From: a virus
Taxonomy: Duplodnaviria > Caudoviricetes
IMG/VR virus record: IMGVR_UViG_3300020431_000009
Span: 550-64,549 of that record
Reading direction: 5' to 3' (one strand)
Length of the DNA stretch: 64,000 nt
Below, piece after piece: positions 1-9,109 of the stretch; position 1 is the first letter of the stretch; each line of letters starts with the position of its first letter. A model generated the notes under the pieces. The model saw only the letters and a list, made by a program, of their open reading frames with translations. It was not told where the DNA came from and did not search any database. The position numbers and the translations under genes are program-made.

Positions 1-236
1 TCATGGTTATGTTCTACGCGTAACGACTCAGTAGTTTCATACATGACAACATTAACATAATGCGTAATCATTTCATATTGTGCATCAGTTAGATCATTCC
101 AATCTTTAGTTGGCCAGAAACGTTCTGCCATTAATCTAGCGAGACGTAATTTATTTTCAATTTTAATTTCAGCACGTTCAAACCATGCAATTGTTTCTTC
201 TTCTCGGTTGCCTTTAAACGGTGGGATAACAGACAT
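1..236 (-). CDS. hypothetical protein, runs off the left edge
   Basis: Hand-read ATG at 236 (MSVIPPFKGNREEETIAWF...); open to the window edge and abuts the stop of the upstream gene. Confidence 0.5.
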   Translation of the reverse strand, partial: MSVIPPFKGNREEETIAWFERAEIKIENKLRLARLMAERFWPTKDWNDLTDAQYEMITHYVNVVMYETTESLRVEHNH

Positions 237-245
237 AATTATAAT

Positions 246-917
246 TCAGTTGATGTATTTATTGAGTTGTAGCCACTCTTTTGTCATAGGAGTTGGTTCG
301 TATATCTCCCACATATTACCACCAGCACAAGCAGCAAGAGCATTCATTGTCATGTTTTCAGTACGACCAGCCCAACCTGCTTCTGCTTCCCAAGGTAATG
401 CAGACTTAGGATATGTACGTTCTGCGAGTACACGCCAGATCATAGGAACTTCATCCTCTGGCATAATAATAGCAATCATACTATTATCAATCGTACCTGC
501 CATACAATCTTGTGCTGCATGCCATCCTTCATGTCTCATGACCATCATGAGAATATTAGGTTTACCCATGTAATCCTTATTCAAGAAGAAGTTATTGGAT
601 ACAGTATGATAGACACCACGATGACCATGTGGGAAATACTTTGAATCCGCAAGGAATACATTGACACCAACTTGATTGAGTGAGTGAATCATATTATGAA
701 ACTCACCTGTTACACTCGTAAATTCTTGAGTGTTATCATACTCTGATGAGATATCAAGCATCGAGTATACTTTCTTGACACCATCAGTACACTCACCTAA
801 TAACATACAACCCATGGAGTCCATAGAGTTATATCCTTGAGTGATCTTACTATCATCAGCAAATGCTGGTGTAGTGAGAGTTAATGCTGCTGCGAGTAGT
901 ACATTACGTAATTTCAT
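246..917 (-). CDS. putative exported zinc-metallopeptidase-like protein
   Basis: Signal-peptide-like N-terminus (MKLRNVLLAAALTLTTPAFA) and HExxH motif HEGWH. Confidence 0.55.
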   Translation of the reverse strand: MKLRNVLLAAALTLTTPAFADDSKITQGYNSMDSMGCMLLGECTDGVKKVYSMLDISSEYDNTQEFTSVTGEFHNMIHSLNQVGVNVFLADSKYFPHGHRGVYHTVSNNFFLNKDYMGKPNILMMVMRHEGWHAAQDCMAGTIDNSMIAIIMPEDEVPMIWRVLAERTYPKSALPWEAEAGWAGRTENMTMNALAACAGGNMWEIYEPTPMTKEWLQLNKYIN

Positions 918-1072
918 GTGTCGCTCCGAGGGTCATTGTCATGATCAGTTTGTCCTTGTTCTTTGATTTGTTGCAGTAGTTGTTCTGAATCAGCATATCG
1001 TTGTTCATTACATGCTGTCATGTATTGAATGATAAGCGTTCTCATCTCAGGTGAGATGTCATAGTCCGCCAT
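914..1072 (-). CDS. small hypothetical protein (52 aa)
   Basis: Hand-read MADYDISPEMRTLIIQ...; its stop overlaps the next ATG and it fills the gap between neighbours. Confidence 0.5.
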   Translation of the reverse strand: MADYDISPEMRTLIIQYMTACNEQRYADSEQLLQQIKEQGQTDHDNDPRSDT

Positions 1073-1319
1073 AGTTCTCCGGGAGTGAGAGATACAGATT
1101 CAAGAGATCATCCTCATTATAGAATGCAGTCTCTTCCTTCTCCATGTTATCAGGGTCCATCCATTCAAAGAACTCATCAGCAAGTGCTAATGCATTATCA
1201 ATCTCATCATTTGCCATGAAATAGCGGAAACGTTCTACACACCAGTCATAGATGTCATCACGTTGTTGTGAGAGACGATCAACAGTTGCGGAGTCGTCAG
1301 TGATTTTGTAGTTGCTCAT
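1059..1319 (-). CDS. hypothetical early-region protein
   Basis: ORF track; tightly packed with overlapping stop/start. Confidence 0.7.
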   Translation of the reverse strand: MSNYKITDDSATVDRLSQQRDDIYDWCVERFRYFMANDEIDNALALADEFFEWMDPDNMEKEETAFYNEDDLLNLYLSLPENYGGL

Positions 1320-1564
1320 GATTTGGTTGCGAAGAGAATGTTAGCGAGGTGATCATACTGAACGAATTCTACATCCTTAGGGAGTAGAGATGCTGCAGCA
1401 GCAGCAAAATCGTTAGGAAACTTCTTAAACAAGCGCCAGAACTTCTGAACACCATCATAATCTAGATCTTCACGCGGAAGAACACGAATCTCCCACGCTC
1501 CACGAGTATACCGATTAGGATACGGTTGGATGTATTCTTTGATGTGATCTGCTAGCATGTTCAT
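1316..1564 (-). CDS. hypothetical early-region protein
   Basis: ORF track; ATGA overlap with neighbours. Confidence 0.7.
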   Translation of the reverse strand: MNMLADHIKEYIQPYPNRYTRGAWEIRVLPREDLDYDGVQKFWRLFKKFPNDFAAAAASLLPKDVEFVQYDHLANILFATKS

Positions 1565-1797
1565 TTGACAAAGACCTCGTTGAGTTTGGTGTGTTCTTCA
1601 GTTAGTTTAGCAATTTGTTGCATGTGATACGCTACATGAGCAAGATACTCTTGCTCTTCTTCATCGACTTCATCATAAGCAATGTCATAGCAGTCATCAA
1701 TGTCAACAGTGTTATCATCATAACACGTCATGCCATACATGGTATCCGTAGAAGAATCCATCGCATAGGCATTACCAGCAGCAACGAGATAGAACAT
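1561..1797 (-). CDS. hypothetical acidic early-region protein
   Basis: ORF track; directly downstream of a consensus promoter. Confidence 0.7.
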   Translation of the reverse strand: MFYLVAAGNAYAMDSSTDTMYGMTCYDDNTVDIDDCYDIAYDEVDEEEQEYLAHVAYHMQQIAKLTEEHTKLNEVFVK

Positions 1798-1820
1798 GGG
1801 AGTGGAAGCAGTGTGAATTT

Positions 1821-1849
1821 AGTATACTATGTATTTGATGGAGTGTCAA
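1821..1849 (-). promoter_or_regulatory. sigma70-type early promoter
   Basis: TTGACA-17 nt-TATACT. Confidence 0.85.
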
Positions 1850-2310
1850 CCCACATATTGTGCGTTACGGTAGAGATAACCGCCTGCCCAGTCAGCATTA
1901 GCAAGCATCAACTCACGCTCTTTGATGATCAACATGTTGAAGCGCACACCTTTAGCAGGTGCTTTGATCGATGCTGCCTTGTATACTTCACCAGTCTTCT
2001 TATCAACGAAGCAGTGAACAGAGCGACTACCACCATCAGTAGTCATCATCACCTTGTGATACTTACGACCAGTATCAACAGTGAACTGATATGCGCCAAT
2101 GTTATTCTTCAGGTCCGCAATCTTGTTCTTATAGAATTCTTTGTTATCAGGATTGCTGGTAGCAAAGAACTCAGCACGACGAATAGACTCACGAACAAAG
2201 TCTTGCTCAAGTGCTTGACAGAGCGCAAATGTGTGACCTAGGATCGCTTGTGCGATGTCCTTACGTGCTTCAGCAGATGCAGTGTAGTCAGCGAAGGTGG
2301 TGGTGGTCAT
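1846..2310 (-). CDS. hypothetical early-region protein
   Basis: ORF track start at 2355 revised to ATG 2310 (MTTTTFAD...), which lies downstream of a TATACT -10 at 2332-2337. Confidence 0.7.
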   Translation of the reverse strand: MTTTTFADYTASAEARKDIAQAILGHTFALCQALEQDFVRESIRRAEFFATSNPDNKEFYKNKIADLKNNIGAYQFTVDTGRKYHKVMMTTDGGSRSVHCFVDKKTGEVYKAASIKAPAKGVRFNMLIIKERELMLANADWAGGYLYRNAQYVG

Positions 2311-2351
2311 GTCTGTTGTGTTGATGAACTTAGTATAGCGTGTGGTGAGGG

Positions 2352-2513
2352 TCAAACCATGCAGACGTGGACACTATGAGTACCGTCCTTATCCAGTTGA
2401 CGACCCATCAGTTCACTATGGATACTACGTGCCAACTGCTGATCGAGCGTCTGATAGCAAACCTCACCCTCTTCAGGAGTGACTGCGGTGATCTCGTAAT
2501 ACTCGCCTTGCAT
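2352..2513 (-). CDS. small hypothetical protein (53 aa)
   Basis: Hand-read MQGEYYEITAVTPEEGEVC...; preceded by TATACT and an AAGGA Shine-Dalgarno. Confidence 0.6.
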   Translation of the reverse strand: MQGEYYEITAVTPEEGEVCYQTLDQQLARSIHSELMGRQLDKDGTHSVHVCMV

Positions 2514-2549
2514 GGTGTCCCTTGGTTGATGAATATAGTATAGAGCAGA

Positions 2550-2801
2550 TTATGCCTTGCGGATCTCACCACCGACCACTACGTCAGCTGGCACACGAGA
2601 GATGGTGTAGCGACGGATCTGCTGAGAGAATTCATACCATGCTTCCACAGTCTCGTTCACGATGCGATTGTGCTGACGATCCATGCCCTTAGCAGTCGTA
2701 CACTTGCCTTCCTTGCGGAAATAGATGATGGGTTGCTGTGGTGCCTCATGAGTGTCAATCTCGATCTTGTAGAAGGAGTGCTTAACGACTGTGGTGGTCA
2801 T
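2550..2801 (-). CDS. hypothetical early-region protein
   Basis: ORF track; TATACT -10 and AAGGGA leader upstream. Confidence 0.7.
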   Translation of the reverse strand: MTTTVVKHSFYKIEIDTHEAPQQPIIYFRKEGKCTTAKGMDRQHNRIVNETVEAWYEFSQQIRRYTISRVPADVVVGGEIRKA

Positions 2802-2870
2802 GGGGTGTGTCCCTTGCTGATGAATATAGTATAGGGCATTTGGATGCCCTGTGGTGGTTCAGTGGTCAGT

Positions 2871-3086
2871 TTACGAAGTGGTCAGTCGAGACATGCTGAT
2901 CATGAATAGGAACACTACCATGACCACCACATCCCATGACTTTGTTCTGATGAAGTATGGGATGCTAATCAGATCAGCAACACAATTCAACATCACACCA
3001 GCAATCACATTCACATGAAGAATAACAAAATAGGCAGTGATAACACCAACGCTGCCTAATACTCTCGCTTTACTATCGAGTTTCAT
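2871..3086 (-). CDS. small membrane protein
   Basis: Three hydrophobic segments in 71 aa. Confidence 0.65.
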   Translation of the reverse strand: MKLDSKARVLGSVGVITAYFVILHVNVIAGVMLNCVADLISIPYFIRTKSWDVVVMVVFLFMISMSRLTTS

Positions 3087-3247
3087 TCATAGTAGATCCA
3101 ATGCTTCTGGTGATAGTTCATCACTAGCACTCTGACGCCAGTTCTTGTTCACCTTGTCAATGTCTTCTACTAAATCCCATGCTGGTACAGCATCATCGAT
3201 GTTCTCCAGAATCCAACGGTCGAGCATTACTTCAGAAATAGACATGA

Positions 3248-3532
3248 TTAATCAGTTGATACGAATGATTTGAGTAGTGGCATAGCAGAGTATGCCGTGG
3301 TGTTGCTTACGTCTACAGTTTTACCTGGACGTTTGTGGTTAATTGGGGCAATGTAACATTGCTTTTTTGTGTTGTAGAATCCCCAGATTGATCTGATAGG
3401 CTCATTAGTGTAACTATACCGAGCATGATTCCGAATCCAAATGCCAACGACGTTGGACTTATGTTCATGAATCTCATAGGTGAAACCTTCTGGGGGTTGA
3501 TGAGGGAAATCAGTTGGTAGTTCTGTCATCAA
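3248..3532 (-). CDS. hypothetical protein
   Basis: ORF track; coupled to neighbours. Confidence 0.65.
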   Translation of the reverse strand: MMTELPTDFPHQPPEGFTYEIHEHKSNVVGIWIRNHARYSYTNEPIRSIWGFYNTKKQCYIAPINHKRPGKTVDVSNTTAYSAMPLLKSFVSTD

Positions 3533-3735
3533 AGATCAGCATGGAGCATGTCATCTACAGTCATCTCAAGTTCTGCTGCTCGTAGTTCTAATGAATCCAT
3601 ACCAGCAGTGTCATCATCATGAAGATCAAACATATCAGTATCAATATGCTTGGTGAACTTACCAAACAACATATCGAGAAAATTGTGGTCGTCTTTAGTG
3701 AACATGTGTGGTTCCTTGTTGAATAGTTGAGTCAT
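3529..3735 (-). CDS. hypothetical protein
   Basis: ORF track. Confidence 0.6.
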   Translation of the reverse strand: MTQLFNKEPHMFTKDDHNFLDMLFGKFTKHIDTDMFDLHDDDTAGMDSLELRAAELEMTVDDMLHADL

Positions 3736-3837
3736 AGTAGTTCATCATCTTACTATCACGCTGTGCTAAGAATAGCAGATAGCATGTGAGAGCGACAAAG
3801 ACAAAGATGCCACTCAAGAGATACTGTGTGATTCTCA

Positions 3838-4080
3838 TCAAACTGCCATCGGGGTGTACTCAGAGCGTGGCATCTGCGACATGTTGTATCCACTAACTGT
3901 AGCACCGTTAGCAATACGTGTCTCCCACTCATTACGTGCTGTGAGAATAGTTACAGTGCTGTAAGACTTAAGACCGTTAGCATTCCAGGTGACACGCTTC
4001 TGGAAACGCTTGACTCCCTCGTCAGCGATGAATGCTTCAGGGAAGAAGTCAACAGTGCAGACGTTGTTGGTGAGTTGCAT
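3838..4080 (-). CDS. hypothetical early-region protein
   Basis: Start revised to ATG 4080 (MQLTNNVC...) after an AAGGA SD and a TATATT -10 at 4105-4110. Confidence 0.65.
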   Translation of the reverse strand: MQLTNNVCTVDFFPEAFIADEGVKRFQKRVTWNANGLKSYSTVTILTARNEWETRIANGATVSGYNMSQMPRSEYTPMAV

Positions 4081-4291
4081 GGGGTGTGTTCCTTTGACTC
4101 TCTTAATATACACGGTTATGGGGTGCTGTGCGCGTTTTGTAGACAGTTCGCTAACTGGTCGTATGTGGCACCATCATCGACGTTGTTCAGCATAGCATGG
4201 ATTTTGGTGGTGCCTAGATTGCATCCCATCATCATATCCATCAAGAATAGGATCTGAGAGGTCGTTAGAGGCACGTCTATAGTCCGGTCAG

Positions 4292-5266
4292 TCATAAGTG
4301 GTTCAAGACGCTTGTGGGCGATCGTGGAGGGGTCTCAGACAGTCTATCAGCATAGAACCGATTAAGCAACCACCTGACTTCCATGAAACTGATCCGTTTT
4401 CTGTACTTGCCTGAGGTCATGGGAGACTTGAAACTAGTAAGGAAAAAATCCATAGTCTCATCTCTCCACTGGTCTATCAGGGCATTGATTGCAGGTAGAT
4501 CTGCCTCTTTTACCATTGTTGTCTCAATCGGGAAGTGATTCCTGTTAGTTGGTTTACACTTACCCGTGCTATTCACCAGTGATGGTATATCATTGTCCTG
4601 TAACATACGGAGATGAATGTTATTCTGTGTATTTGTGTCAATTCCATTTACCAGGACGGGTGCTAGGTCGTGTGGGTTGAAGCGCACATGAAAATCAGTT
4701 TTTGTTGGTGTGTTGTCAGATGTGAGCATAATCTCCTCACCATTGACAAATGTGCGCGTGTGTTCTACTCTATGCGGAACAAAATATGCAACACCTGCGG
4801 GTGCATCAGTATCAGTGAATAGTTGCATATCAAACTTATCCCATGCATACAATCTATTCTTGAATAATCTTTGGTTCCAGAATGTACTGGGTACGATTGC
4901 AGCGACGTACTCACAGTTATCCAGCATTAGTTGTAGTGCATCAAGGTACATGTCCTCATGTATTAGTTGCACTGGTAGTTTCTTACGTGATACTACTGTC
5001 TTCGCAAGGTATGGTGGGTTAGTGATACACACTCTGTACCCACTAGGAAACTGTTCAAATGTATTTCTATACTCTACATCAGGGTGATTGGGTTCAATAT
5101 CATACCCATGCCACTCTGCATTTACATACGAGAAAAGGTGCCCCGCACCTGCAAATGGTTCCAAGATTGTAGTCTTGGGAACCATCTGATACCAGGAGCG
5201 AAATGCACCGGAGTTATTGAATGGGTCAGTCGTTGTATAATACTGACCCAGAAGTTGCTTACTCAT
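4292..5266 (-). CDS. N6-adenine DNA methyltransferase (gamma-class motif order)
   Basis: GQYYT (motif X), ILEPFAGAG (motif I), YDIE (motif II), NPPY (motif IV), followed by a C-terminal putative target-recognition region. Confidence 0.85.
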   Translation of the reverse strand: MSKQLLGQYYTTTDPFNNSGAFRSWYQMVPKTTILEPFAGAGHLFSYVNAEWHGYDIEPNHPDVEYRNTFEQFPSGYRVCITNPPYLAKTVVSRKKLPVQLIHEDMYLDALQLMLDNCEYVAAIVPSTFWNQRLFKNRLYAWDKFDMQLFTDTDAPAGVAYFVPHRVEHTRTFVNGEEIMLTSDNTPTKTDFHVRFNPHDLAPVLVNGIDTNTQNNIHLRMLQDNDIPSLVNSTGKCKPTNRNHFPIETTMVKEADLPAINALIDQWRDETMDFFLTSFKSPMTSGKYRKRISFMEVRWLLNRFYADRLSETPPRSPTSVLNHL

Positions 5267-5273
5267 TCAATAT

Positions 5274-5978
5274 TCAGCTAATACCTAGGCGTTGTTGAAA
5301 TTCTACATGATCAACGACCCAAACTGTGTCAGAGTCGTAGTTAAACTTGAGGCGATCAAACTTGTTAGTCAGGTCAGTATCGATGAGGATGACATATACT
5401 TTGCCTTCCTCACCATACTGTTGTGCCCAATCAGCAAAGTGTGCTGCTTCATGAAACACGTTGTCCTGATGTCCACCTTCACCAAAACAAATCTTGGCAA
5501 AGATATATCCTTCGACATTGCCGTTGATCACACCATCGATAGACTTGAGGCACTCAAGTTTATCAAGACCAGACTCTTGGAACTCTGCTTTGTTCAACAA
5601 GCGTCCATCCTTTGTAGGACGGAGATCCTGGTTGTTCAAAGATTGTACGTAGATACCATAACCACTAGAGGCACGGTTAATCTGATCAAGGACGTAAGAT
5701 TCGTCCTTTGAACCTTGACGTGAGGCAAGAATAGCAGTACCATGAGCAACTGCTAAAGCAAACTCATAGTCTGCTTTGCACTTCTCGTAGATATACTCGC
5801 GACTGGTACGAAGGAGTTCAGCAAGACGATCAAGAGACTTGAAGTTAATCAGTTTCTTAAGATCAGCGTCACTGATACTCGCTGTATGACAAATACCCTC
5901 AGCAAGAGCGATATTTGTCTCAAATTGGCGCGTGATACGAACTTTTGAAAGATCGGATTTGAACATTACGATTGCCAC
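5274..5978 (-). CDS. putative restriction endonuclease (PD-(D/E)xK-like) paired with the MTase
   Basis: KSIDG...YIFAK...GGHQDN resembles a nuclease core; stop lies 7 nt from the MTase start under one promoter. GTG 5978 or ATG 5966 are both possible starts. Confidence 0.5.
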   Translation of the reverse strand: MAIVMFKSDLSKVRITRQFETNIALAEGICHTASISDADLKKLINFKSLDRLAELLRTSREYIYEKCKADYEFALAVAHGTAILASRQGSKDESYVLDQINRASSGYGIYVQSLNNQDLRPTKDGRLLNKAEFQESGLDKLECLKSIDGVINGNVEGYIFAKICFGEGGHQDNVFHEAAHFADWAQQYGEEGKVYVILIDTDLTNKFDRLKFNYDSDTVWVVDHVEFQQRLGIS

Positions 5979-6037
5979 CTACATGGGTGGGATTATAGAA
6001 TGTGGAGTCTTTAGGGCGCTTCCTCTCCCATGAACCT

Positions 6038-6066
6038 AATATACACGAGTTTGGGGTCTGTGTCAA
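6038..6066 (-). promoter_or_regulatory. sigma70-type early promoter for the nuclease-MTase pair
   Basis: TTGACA-17 nt-TATATT. Confidence 0.8.
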
Positions 6067-6083
6067 CCCCCTAGTCCAGTCTG

Positions 6084-6242
6084 TTAACTGTCCCCAAAGA
6101 TAGGATGGAGTTCTGTTTTTGCATGTACAGTTTTATTGATGTGTTGCTCCCATGCAACAGCATCATCTAGGTTATAGAAGATCGCTTGCTGCTTCGCTTG
6201 ACTCTTCTTCTTGTTCTTCATCCACACAACTGCATACTTCAT
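6084..6242 (-). CDS. small hypothetical protein
   Basis: Start revised to ATG 6242 (MKYAVVWMKNKKKSQAK...). Confidence 0.6.
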   Translation of the reverse strand: MKYAVVWMKNKKKSQAKQQAIFYNLDDAVAWEQHINKTVHAKTELHPIFGDS

Positions 6243-6405
6243 CCCAATACTCTCGAAAAACACATAAAGTTGACTGATAACGACCATGACGACATGATGG
6301 GTCAGGTCGATCGATGTAACAAATGGTGATATACTTATCACCAATAAAATCCACCCACCCCGTGGTGGTGCGGTACTTGACCATCATACCACGAGTAAAT
6401 TTCAC
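6172..6405 (-). CDS. hypothetical protein
   Basis: ORF track. Confidence 0.6.
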   Translation of the reverse strand: MKFTRGMMVKYRTTTGWVDFIGDKYITICYIDRPDPSCRHGRYQSTLCVFREYWDEVCSCVDEEQEEESSEAASDLL

Positions 6406-6602
6406 TCGTCAACCTCTTCAAATGGTTGACGATTCATGTTCTCTGGTTTGGGGAGACGGAACATCTCTTTGAGATCATTTAACTCACTCAATTGCTTTTG
6501 AAGACCATCAATTTGACGTTGCAGAATTTGAAAGTTGGTATCATTGTTATTCTGCATCATCAAAAAGTTGTTGATTGCTGCTTTGAAATCTTCTTCGTTC
6601 AT
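6402..6602 (-). CDS. small coiled-coil hypothetical protein
   Basis: ORF track; heptad-like LQRQIDGLQKQLSELNDL. Confidence 0.65.
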   Translation of the reverse strand: MNEEDFKAAINNFLMMQNNNDTNFQILQRQIDGLQKQLSELNDLKEMFRLPKPENMNRQPFEEVDE

Positions 6603-6603
6603 G

Positions 6604-6897
6604 TCAATTGCGGGCAGGAATTTGGTGATCTAGATTAAGAGCAGTGTTGCCAGTCATATAGTCTCGAAGAGACATAGCACGACAATATGCTTTCTTGTGA
6701 TATTCTATCACATCATCGACGCCAGATAGCATCTCTTCATGCGCTTGTCGTGCTGATACTTTATCATCGTTGAGATAATCATCGATCGCATTTTGCATAC
6801 GATCTTTGCGCTGTTTTGAATACTCATGTTGCCAGTTGATTTCAGTTGTCATTAAAGTCTTCGTTGCGACGTTTGTCAAGATATTCAATAATTTCAC
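6604..6897 (-). CDS. hypothetical protein
   Basis: ORF track; true start may be the internal MTTEINW. Confidence 0.6.
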   Translation of the reverse strand: MKLLNILTNVATKTLMTTEINWQHEYSKQRKDRMQNAIDDYLNDDKVSARQAHEEMLSGVDDVIEYHKKAYCRAMSLRDYMTGNTALNLDHQIPARN

Positions 6898-7039
6898 TAC
6901 GCCATTCTAGCAGTTCATGATAGCATTCCTGATCATGTGCGTCCTGACGTAGTTGATGATCTGGTTTAAGAACACTCTCATAAAAGATATAGAACGCATC
7001 TTTACGTTTCTCGTGTTTCGTGGTACTATTCCAATCCAT
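6842..7039 (-). CDS. conserved cyanophage hypothetical protein
   Basis: ORF track. Confidence 0.7.
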   Translation of the reverse strand: MDWNSTTKHEKRKDAFYIFYESVLKPDHQLRQDAHDQECYHELLEWRSEIIEYLDKRRNEDFNDN

Positions 7040-7074
7040 GTGATAGAGGCGTTATAGGAGACATTGTAGCATGG

Positions 7075-7299
7075 TTATTCGATTTGGTCAACCGATTCGA
7101 TATCACACACTGGCACCTCATGTTCACCACCAATGATGTACCAGTGCATTAACTGTCCATGATATTCGGGATGTGCAACGTATTCTGTAGTATACTCTCG
7201 TTTACCACAATACAACAATTCAGATTCATGAATATTATTCTCACGAAGCATTGCTTGGAGTTGCATATGCTGGAGTTCTACCTGATCGGGAACTTTCAT
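7075..7299 (-). CDS. hypothetical protein, first gene of the early cluster
   Basis: Start revised to ATG 7299 (MKVPDQVELQHMQ...) downstream of the promoter at 7322-7351. Confidence 0.7.
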   Translation of the reverse strand: MKVPDQVELQHMQLQAMLRENNIHESELLYCGKREYTTEYVAHPEYHGQLMHWYIIGGEHEVPVCDIESVDQIE

Positions 7300-7321
7300 G
7301 TGGTTTGATGGACGCTCTGCT

Positions 7322-7351
7322 ACCATAGCACAGGTGTCAACCCACTGTCAA
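7322..7351 (-). promoter_or_regulatory. sigma70-type promoter at the late/early boundary
   Basis: TTGACA-18 nt-TATGGT preceded by TG (extended -10). Confidence 0.6.
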
Positions 7352-8200
7352 GTCCTCAAATTCTACAATCTTAACATGCCTCATGAACATGTCTACTAAT
7401 TCTCCCTCTGCAGAAACAATAAAGTCGATAGCAAACATGCTTCTATTGACACATGTTTGATCAATGAATTGCTTTTGTTCTTCGCTGATTAGATCTGCTG
7501 ATAACAATTTGTCAAGCATAGCACTCTTTCTCAGTGGATTATCACATATTTCATTCCATAACTTAGTCGTAGGATCACGCAATAGTGTGACTCTAGGCAT
7601 AAGAGGTTTGAAAGTATATCTTAGGTCAGTAGAACCGTAGAATGTATCAATCTCCCCTTTACAATCCCCTTTATATCTTTTACAGAACTCATTGATATCA
7701 TTTAATTTCTTATTCTGTGCATATTCTGCGAGATTGTATCCAGGATCATAAATCCTCATCCCAGTATAATTAGCATCTTTATCGTAATGAACACCAAGAA
7801 TATCAGTCTCTACATCATCTGTTACATCAGTTAATCTATCGATGGTAGTTTTACATGTATTCAAAGATTTAAATGCACAAAAGTTGACAAAATACTTCCA
7901 AATGCTTTCACTCGCAAATCTAGTATATTTTATTGGATTTACCAGGTAGTAAGACTTTACTTCTGAGTCAACATATTCAATGCTAACAACTTTGTTATCA
8001 TCATGCTGAGGTACTGTTGCATTAGGAAATCTAAACTGCATAAACCTGTTAAGTTTAGCAGTGATATCAGCATCAAAGTTAGGCAGATAAGAAGAATCTT
8101 TTAATCCAGTATATCTCCATGGCATCCTCTCATATGTTGAAACATACTCAAAGCTGTTGAGATTATACTTATCCGCCTTGTAAAAAATATCAGAAAACAT
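7337..8200 (-). CDS. hypothetical protein (287 aa)
   Basis: Long ORF at the end of the late operon. Confidence 0.75.
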   Translation of the reverse strand: MFSDIFYKADKYNLNSFEYVSTYERMPWRYTGLKDSSYLPNFDADITAKLNRFMQFRFPNATVPQHDDNKVVSIEYVDSEVKSYYLVNPIKYTRFASESIWKYFVNFCAFKSLNTCKTTIDRLTDVTDDVETDILGVHYDKDANYTGMRIYDPGYNLAEYAQNKKLNDINEFCKRYKGDCKGEIDTFYGSTDLRYTFKPLMPRVTLLRDPTTKLWNEICDNPLRKSAMLDKLLSADLISEEQKQFIDQTCVNRSMFAIDFIVSAEGELVDMFMRHVKIVEFEDLTVG

Positions 8201-8201
8201 T

Positions 8202-8546
8202 TTAGTTAGATAAAATTGTTTGACCTAGTTCATTATATAATGTAAAGTGAATGTAGTTCTCAGGAATCACACAAGATTCTTGACTGCCTGGAAAACTAGT
8301 CTCCAAAAATTCGATGGTATCTTCAAGATCATCCACTTCAACAAAAACAAATTCCGAGTTTTGTAAAGATGTAAACATATCCGCTGGTAAGATGTCTTTA
8401 TACAGTTGATATGAAGTATTAATAGCATCTACATCAGAACTATTGTTCCAACCATGAGATCTCAAATAAATTACACATTTACCCTTAGCAATAGCATATC
8501 GCTCAATAAAAGTGTCAAAATAAAATACTTCGTAGTCTGAGTTCAT
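8202..8546 (-). CDS. hypothetical protein
   Basis: ORF track; coupled to neighbours. Confidence 0.7.
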   Translation of the reverse strand: MNSDYEVFYFDTFIERYAIAKGKCVIYLRSHGWNNSSDVDAINTSYQLYKDILPADMFTSLQNSEFVFVEVDDLEDTIEFLETSFPGSQESCVIPENYIHFTLYNELGQTILSN

Positions 8547-9109
8547 GAGTCTTTAAGTAGTAGTTTCCAAGCAATAGTGATACGTAGTCCAGAATATGTT
8601 CTAGACGTAGGTTCTGCAGCATGTGGGATTATTCCAGGAAATAATATTGCTGCATTTGGTTTAGGAATGTGAAAATATGTATCCTCTCCTAAATTAAAGG
8701 CTGTTTTGCCTCCCCACTCCAATCTCCACACATCATTAGCGTAAAAAAGAAATGTTCTTCCTCTCTCATCATACCAATCTTGATGAAAAGAACCTTGTGT
8801 GCCGTAGGTATGACCATTGGCATACACATCACATAGTTCATAATGTTGTTGAGTCTTTTCCTCAATGATATTTAGAAGGTATTCTGCAAAGAAGTTGTTA
8901 TCTATGAAATCTATACGCCAAAAAGGCAGACCACGACGCTTATCTCCCTCAGCATGTGACCCATGACCAAAGTACCAATTGGGACCATGTACAAACGAAA
9001 GTATTTTCTTATAGTCTTCATGAGAAAACACATCATTATAATTTACAATATCACTAGAACTATACATGACATTCAATCCAGCAAACAAATACGTTTCGTT
9101 GACCAGCAA
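8543..9109 (-). CDS. 2OG-Fe(II) oxygenase
   Basis: HQD (HxD) motif, WGG, distal PHAA His and R-x-T (RIT) co-substrate residues. Confidence 0.85.
   Translation of the reverse strand: MLVNETYLFAGLNVMYSSSDIVNYNDVFSHEDYKKILSFVHGPNWYFGHGSHAEGDKRRGLPFWRIDFIDNNFFAEYLLNIIEEKTQQHYELCDVYANGHTYGTQGSFHQDWYDERGRTFLFYANDVWRLEWGGKTAFNLGEDTYFHIPKPNAAILFPGIIPHAAEPTSRTYSGLRITIAWKLLLKDS

Noticed and set aside
1800-4160. Repeated intergenic motifs as a CRISPR mini-array
   Set aside because: The repeats are degenerate, irregularly spaced, separated by ORFs and coincide with -10 boxes and SDs, so they are promoters
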